Assembly (NCBI GenBank): GCA_963713925.1
Contig: OY970212.1
Coordinates: forward strand, 160,001-224,000
DNA: 64,000 nt
Source: an uncultured bacterium
GTDB lineage: Bacteria; Babelota; Babeliae; Babelales; Vermiphilaceae
Direction of reading: 5' to 3'
The notes beneath the pieces are model-generated. The model was not told where the DNA came from. It saw only the letters and a program-made list of their open reading frames with translations, and did no database searches. Of this stretch, positions 59,231-64,000 are shown piece by piece. Position numbers and translations under genes: made by a program. Each line of letters begins with the position of its first letter. Within the stretch, counting starts at the first letter, position 1.

Positions 59231-59374
59231 TTATTACACGAAAGTTTTTACCCAAATTATGCTATGCTTCATTTGGGGCCCATTTACGCTTCTTTGACGC
59301 ATAAAACATCAAAGTTTTGCTCCACTTAGGGCCGGGTTTCTAATTGGAAAGTCTTTTTATCATCGATAGGCGCA

Positions 59375-60166
59375 ATGAGTCGTCAAATAGTCTCCATATA
59401 TTCATCATTTGGCATTGAAGGGTATGGCCTTTGCATCGCGATAGGTCTGCTTATCGTGTATGCTTTGCTTGCGCGTGATCAAAAACGAAAGCGGCTTGTT
59501 GATGATGATCATCTTTCTGCCATTATCAATCTCACGATACTAGCCGGAATTTTTGGGGGGCGAATTCTTTTTGTTCTCACGAATTTCAGTTCAATGGAGT
59601 CATGGTTCGACTGTATACGACTCTGGGACGGAGGATTCTCTTTGCTTGGCGCACAAATCGGTATTGTTCTTGGGTTAATCTGGTATTGCGTTGCATACAA
59701 AATATCATTCTTAAAGCTTGTTGATATTATTTCTTTTTATGCGCCTCTCATGATTGCCATTTCGCGCATTGGATGTTTTTGGGCAGGATGTTGTTTTGGA
59801 ACACTGTGCCGATTGCCTTTTGCGCATGTGTATACGGATCCGACCTGTTTGGCCCCGCTGCACATTCCACTGCATCCTGCGCAGCTCTACCACAGCGGAA
59901 TTTTATTTTTCATTTTTATAACATTGATTGTAATCAGAAAAAAATTTTCTGATGTAAAACCTGGACTTATGACAGGTCTCTCATTTTTGCTGATGGGCTT
60001 TGAGCGATTTTTTGTTGATTTCTTCAGAGGTGATAGGGAGTTTGTCACTCTTTTTTCACTATCCGTGAGTATTCACCAAATTCTCTCATTGGCAATAGTC
60101 GCTTTTTCCATTAGCCTTCTATTAAGTATTTTTTTCAATAAATCTCGCGCGGTGACTATTCCATGA
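59375..60166 (+). CDS. lgt: Prolipoprotein diacylglyceryl transferase
   Basis: GGRILFV, WDGG, RIGCF.AGCC, HPAQLY, DFFRGD. Confidence 0.93.
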   Translation: MSRQIVSIYSSFGIEGYGLCIAIGLLIVYALLARDQKRKRLVDDDHLSAIINLTILAGIFGGRILFVLTNFSSMESWFDCIRLWDGGFSLLGAQIGIVLGLIWYCVAYKISFLKLVDIISFYAPLMIAISRIGCFWAGCCFGTLCRLPFAHVYTDPTCLAPLHIPLHPAQLYHSGILFFIFITLIVIRKKFSDVKPGLMTGLSFLLMGFERFFVDFFRGDREFVTLFSLSVSIHQILSLAIVAFSISLLLSIFFNKSRAVTIP

Positions 60167-61932
60167 GCAGTAATCTGTTTTCTCTCATAAAATCACGAGT
60201 TTCTATTTTAGACGTGATTAACACCTATATTACGCTCAAAAAAGCCGGACATTATTGGAAGGCTCCGTGCCCTTTTCATTCTGAGAAAACCGGATCTTTT
60301 ACCGTGAGTCCGCACAAAGAAATTTTCTATTGCTTTGGGTGCCATGCAACCGGAGATGCTATTAGTTTTATTGCAAAAATTGAAAATTGTTCCGCTTTGG
60401 AAGCAGCAAAACTGTTGGCCGATCGGTATAAAATAGAAGTTCCGGAGTTTATGGCTCATAATGAGCCGACCCAATCTGAAAAAAAGATTCACCATGCAAC
60501 GTGTGAAGCTGTTGCGCAATGGTGCCATGCTCAACTCAAGACATCTCGCGCAGCAAGCGCATATCTTGAATCTCGCAAAATCAGCAAACAAACGATAGAT
60601 CAATTTAACATTGGCTATTTTCCCGGCGGTCTTAACGCGACACGTGCATTGCTTGATACCCTGAAAAAGGCGCATATCATGGCAGAGGATTTGATTGAAG
60701 CGGGCATTCTTATCCCTGGAAAACAAGTTTTTTATTCTCCCTTTGAAGAACGTATTATCTTTCCAATCAAAGACCATTTAGGCAATGCGGTGGGTTTTGG
60801 GGGAAGAATTTTCAAAGAGCATGATACTCGCCCAAAATATTACAACTCAAAAGAAAATAAATATTTCAGCAAAGGCGAGCTTATTTTTGGGCTTGATGTG
60901 GCCAAAAAGGATATTCAAAAGCAAGAATCGGCATTCCTTGTTGAGGGATACACCGACTGTATCGCCATGGCGCAGCATGGATACCCGAATAGCGTTGCGA
61001 CATTAGGCACCGCATGCACCCTTGAACACCTTAAAATATTGGCCCGATATACCCCGAAAATTTATGTTTTATATGATGGGGATAATGCTGGGCAACAAGC
61101 AATGCTCCGGCTTGCGCAACTCTGCTGGCAGGCAACCCTCGATTTACATGTTATCATTCTCCCTGCACAGGAAGACCCTGCATCATTTTTGACTAAGCAC
61201 AAGAGTCTTGAGGGGCTCATTGAAAAGGCTCAAGAGATATTTGACTATTTTATTACTACCCTGGGCAAAGATTACGCTAAAAAATCATTAAGTGAGAAGC
61301 TTGCCATTGCCAAAAAAATAGTCGAAACAATCCAGACTATTGATGACAGGCTTAAACAAGATATTCTCTTTGAAAAGGCCTCTGGGGTGCTCTCTATTCC
61401 ATTTGAATCGCTCAAGGGATATCAGACCAATAAACCTACCCGATCAACCCCTGATTTGCCCCAGGGTGAACCAAGCGCTCCCCAGGCCCCCGCCCATAAC
61501 ACAGAACTCATACCAAAATTAGAAAAAAGAATATTTTTTGCTATAATGAGCAATATACATTTACTAACTTCGGAGAACGCTTGGTATTTGTTGCATTTCC
61601 TCCCTTCCCCATTGCGGGACATTCTGGATCAGTTATATGAGGAAAAAGAAGCAAACAAAGGCATCTCTTTTGACCAATTTTTTGCGCAACTTTCTCCGGC
61701 AGAACAGCAATACACCAATAAGATTCTTCTTGAAGAGGGGGTAACGGCAGACGAAGGGAACTTTGAAACACTTCTGAGTCAGTTACAAAAAAATCATTGG
61801 AAAGTTATTGTAAATGATATAAAAAAGAAGATAGATCAAGCAAAAAAGAATGGTCAGGAAGAAAAAGTAAAAGAGTTAGTTACTGAATTTATAAACCTCA
61901 GACACAAGCTCATTAGTAAAGAACTTATATAA
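60163..61932 (+). CDS. dnaG: DNA primase
   Basis: CPFH..CFGC zinc finger, FGGR, KYYNS, VEGY.D, YDGD TOPRIM. Confidence 0.97.
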   Translation: MSSNLFSLIKSRVSILDVINTYITLKKAGHYWKAPCPFHSEKTGSFTVSPHKEIFYCFGCHATGDAISFIAKIENCSALEAAKLLADRYKIEVPEFMAHNEPTQSEKKIHHATCEAVAQWCHAQLKTSRAASAYLESRKISKQTIDQFNIGYFPGGLNATRALLDTLKKAHIMAEDLIEAGILIPGKQVFYSPFEERIIFPIKDHLGNAVGFGGRIFKEHDTRPKYYNSKENKYFSKGELIFGLDVAKKDIQKQESAFLVEGYTDCIAMAQHGYPNSVATLGTACTLEHLKILARYTPKIYVLYDGDNAGQQAMLRLAQLCWQATLDLHVIILPAQEDPASFLTKHKSLEGLIEKAQEIFDYFITTLGKDYAKKSLSEKLAIAKKIVETIQTIDDRLKQDILFEKASGVLSIPFESLKGYQTNKPTRSTPDLPQGEPSAPQAPAHNTELIPKLEKRIFFAIMSNIHLLTSENAWYLLHFLPSPLRDILDQLYEEKEANKGISFDQFFAQLSPAEQQYTNKILLEEGVTADEGNFETLLSQLQKNHWKVIVNDIKKKIDQAKKNGQEEKVKELVTEFINLRHKLISKELI

Positions 61933-61950
61933 CCAAGGGACAGGAAGCAC

Positions 61951-63882
61951 ATGGTCAAAAAAGTGCAATCCAAATCTTCATCAAAAGTAAAAAGTTCTTC
62001 TGAACATGCAAAAGGTTCAGGGGATATTGATTTAAAAAAAGAGATGATCGAAGAATTTATAGAAAAAGGTAAACAAGCGGGTGTTGTCACCTACGAAGAA
62101 TTGATCGAATTCGGTGATAAGAACCATCTTGTTGAGGGCGATACTAACGAGATTTTAAAAGCCTTTGAGCGTGAGCATGTTGAATTAGTAACACAAGAAG
62201 AGCTTGATAAAAACCAAAACGAGCTTGATGAGTTTCAAGAAGAAGAAGGCATTGAGGGTGGCGTCAGCCTTAAAAGCGCGCTCGACACATCGATTGATAC
62301 CGGTGCAGATGCCTTTGATGAAGACGAAGAGGAGCTTGAGGATGGTGATGAAGAACGTGAAGTGGTTCGAGATGCCGGGGCATCACAAATTACCGATCCG
62401 GTAAAATGTTATTTGCGTGACATAGGAAAAATTCCGCTTCTGAACAAAAAAACAGAAACAGTCATTGCCGACCAAATCGCGCAAAGTAAGATCGATTCAA
62501 CTGACGCTATTTCACATTTCCCTGTTATTCATAAAGAATTTGCCGGACTTTATGATAAAATCCAAAAAAATATCGTTCAATTGAAGGATATTATTCAATT
62601 TTCTAAATTTGACGATGAAGATAACGTTCCTAAAATTGATGAGGAAAAACAACAATTACTTCCCGTTCTCAAGCAGATCAATGATCTGATAGATAATGAG
62701 GAAAAAATTTACGTAAGTTATCGCGGTAAGCTCGATTCTGATAAAGCAAAACAAGAGATGTTGCAAAAAGTTCGCGCCAATAGAGAAAAAATTGGTGAGA
62801 CAATACGCTCAATTAAGCTTGCAAATAAAATCATCAGAAAGCTTGGCAAAAAGATTGAAAAATACATCAAGAAGATCAACGAAAAAGAAGAAATCATTCG
62901 TTTTTCAAGAGAACAACTTGCCGCTTACAAACAAATTCAACAACCAAATCCTGATCAATTGGCTCAGATGGAAGAGCTTGAGCGTGCGATACGAGCAAGC
63001 AACAAAGTCATTAAAAAAATAGAAGTTGAGGTTGGGCTTTCTCGTGAGCGGATGGAGCAATATTTCAGAGTGTTTATGGTTGCTCAAGCGAAAGATAAGC
63101 GAGCAAAAGATGATCTTGCGCGAGCAAACCTGCGCCTTGTTGTTAATATTGCAAAAAAACATGTCAACCGCGGATTACATTTTCTTGATTTGATTCAAGA
63201 AGGTAACATTGGTTTGATGAAAGCCGTTGAAAAATTTGAATTTGAACGTGGATACAAATTCTCAACCTATGCAACATGGTGGATTCGCCAAGCTATTACA
63301 CGCGCGATTGCTGACCAATCTCGTACTATTCGTGTTCCAGTTCACATGGTTGAAACCCTCAACAAAATCAATAAGATCAAGCGCACCTTTGTGCAAGAAC
63401 ATGGGCGTGAACCAAGCTACGCGGAATTATCAAAAGAGCTCAATCTTGATGAAAAGAAGATTAAAAATATTATCAAGATTTCAAAAGAGCCGATCTCCCT
63501 GGATACGCCAGTAGGTGATAGCGAAGATGCATTCATTAAAGATTTCATTGAAAATGAAAATGAATTCTCTCCGGCTGATACTGTTGCCAACAATGACCTA
63601 AAAGAGCGTGTTCGGGAGGTGCTTAAATCATTGACGCCGCGTGAGGAAAAAGTGCTGAAAATGCGCTTTGGAATCGACGTTGCTTCTGAGCACACCTTAG
63701 AAGAAGTTGGTAAAGACTTCTCGGTGACCCGCGAGCGAATTCGACAAATCGAAGTTAAAGCTTTGAAAAAGCTTCGTCATCCTTCAAGAAGCAAAAAATT
63801 ACGCACATTCTTTGATAAAGAATTTGAAGATATTATTATGAGTGATGAAGATGATATGATAGATGATGATTCAAATGAGTAA
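61951..63882 (+). CDS. rpoD: RNA polymerase primary sigma factor
   Basis: [43 protein letters not shown], region 4 [16 protein letters not shown]. Confidence 0.98.
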   Translation: MVKKVQSKSSSKVKSSSEHAKGSGDIDLKKEMIEEFIEKGKQAGVVTYEELIEFGDKNHLVEGDTNEILKAFEREHVELVTQEELDKNQNELDEFQEEEGIEGGVSLKSALDTSIDTGADAFDEDEEELEDGDEEREVVRDAGASQITDPVKCYLRDIGKIPLLNKKTETVIADQIAQSKIDSTDAISHFPVIHKEFAGLYDKIQKNIVQLKDIIQFSKFDDEDNVPKIDEEKQQLLPVLKQINDLIDNEEKIYVSYRGKLDSDKAKQEMLQKVRANREKIGETIRSIKLANKIIRKLGKKIEKYIKKINEKEEIIRFSREQLAAYKQIQQPNPDQLAQMEELERAIRASNKVIKKIEVEVGLSRERMEQYFRVFMVAQAKDKRAKDDLARANLRLVVNIAKKHVNRGLHFLDLIQEGNIGLMKAVEKFEFERGYKFSTYATWWIRQAITRAIADQSRTIRVPVHMVETLNKINKIKRTFVQEHGREPSYAELSKELNLDEKKIKNIIKISKEPISLDTPVGDSEDAFIKDFIENENEFSPADTVANNDLKERVREVLKSLTPREEKVLKMRFGIDVASEHTLEEVGKDFSVTRERIRQIEVKALKKLRHPSRSKKLRTFFDKEFEDIIMSDEDDMIDDDSNE

Positions 63883-64000
63883 TATGAGACCCATTGTGAA
63901 AATGGAACAAAGAAAAAATCTGTTCTGCGTTTGTGATAAGCGGCCTGTTCTACGAAACTTTAGTGAAGTAGAAAGTGTAGCGAATTCGAACCATACGAAC

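Noticed and set aside
60208..60777. 189-aa antisense ORF inside dnaG, and other short antisense ORFs
   Set aside because: Shadow ORFs of well-supported genes with no motifs

Overview
AT-rich bacterial chromosome segment. The gene content (many short signal-peptide orphan proteins, ankyrin and BTB-WD40 proteins, membrane pyrophosphatase, chlamydia-like RNR and TGT) suggests an intracellular parasite of protists, most like Candidatus Babelota/Dependentiae (TM6); this taxonomy is an inference. Housekeeping genes: uvrB, nrdAB, hppA, murE, ruvX, tsaB, rsmE, tgt, mraY, mnmG, lgt-dnaG-rpoD. Most notable: (1) a secreted polymorphic toxin gene followed by five tandem paralogous immunity-like genes, bracketed by a 65-bp direct repeat; (2) two further accessory genes bracketed by 58 to ~165-bp duplications of resident sequence, with no integrase in the window; (3) GDP-fucose synthesis and glycosyl/pyruvyl-transfer enzymes that carry signal peptides; (4) secreted paralogues with a mitochondrial-presequence-like segment behind the signal peptide; (5) a MITE family built of nested palindromic modules; (6) a class Ic (Tyr-less) NrdB. 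No rRNA, tRNA or CRISPR array was recognised.
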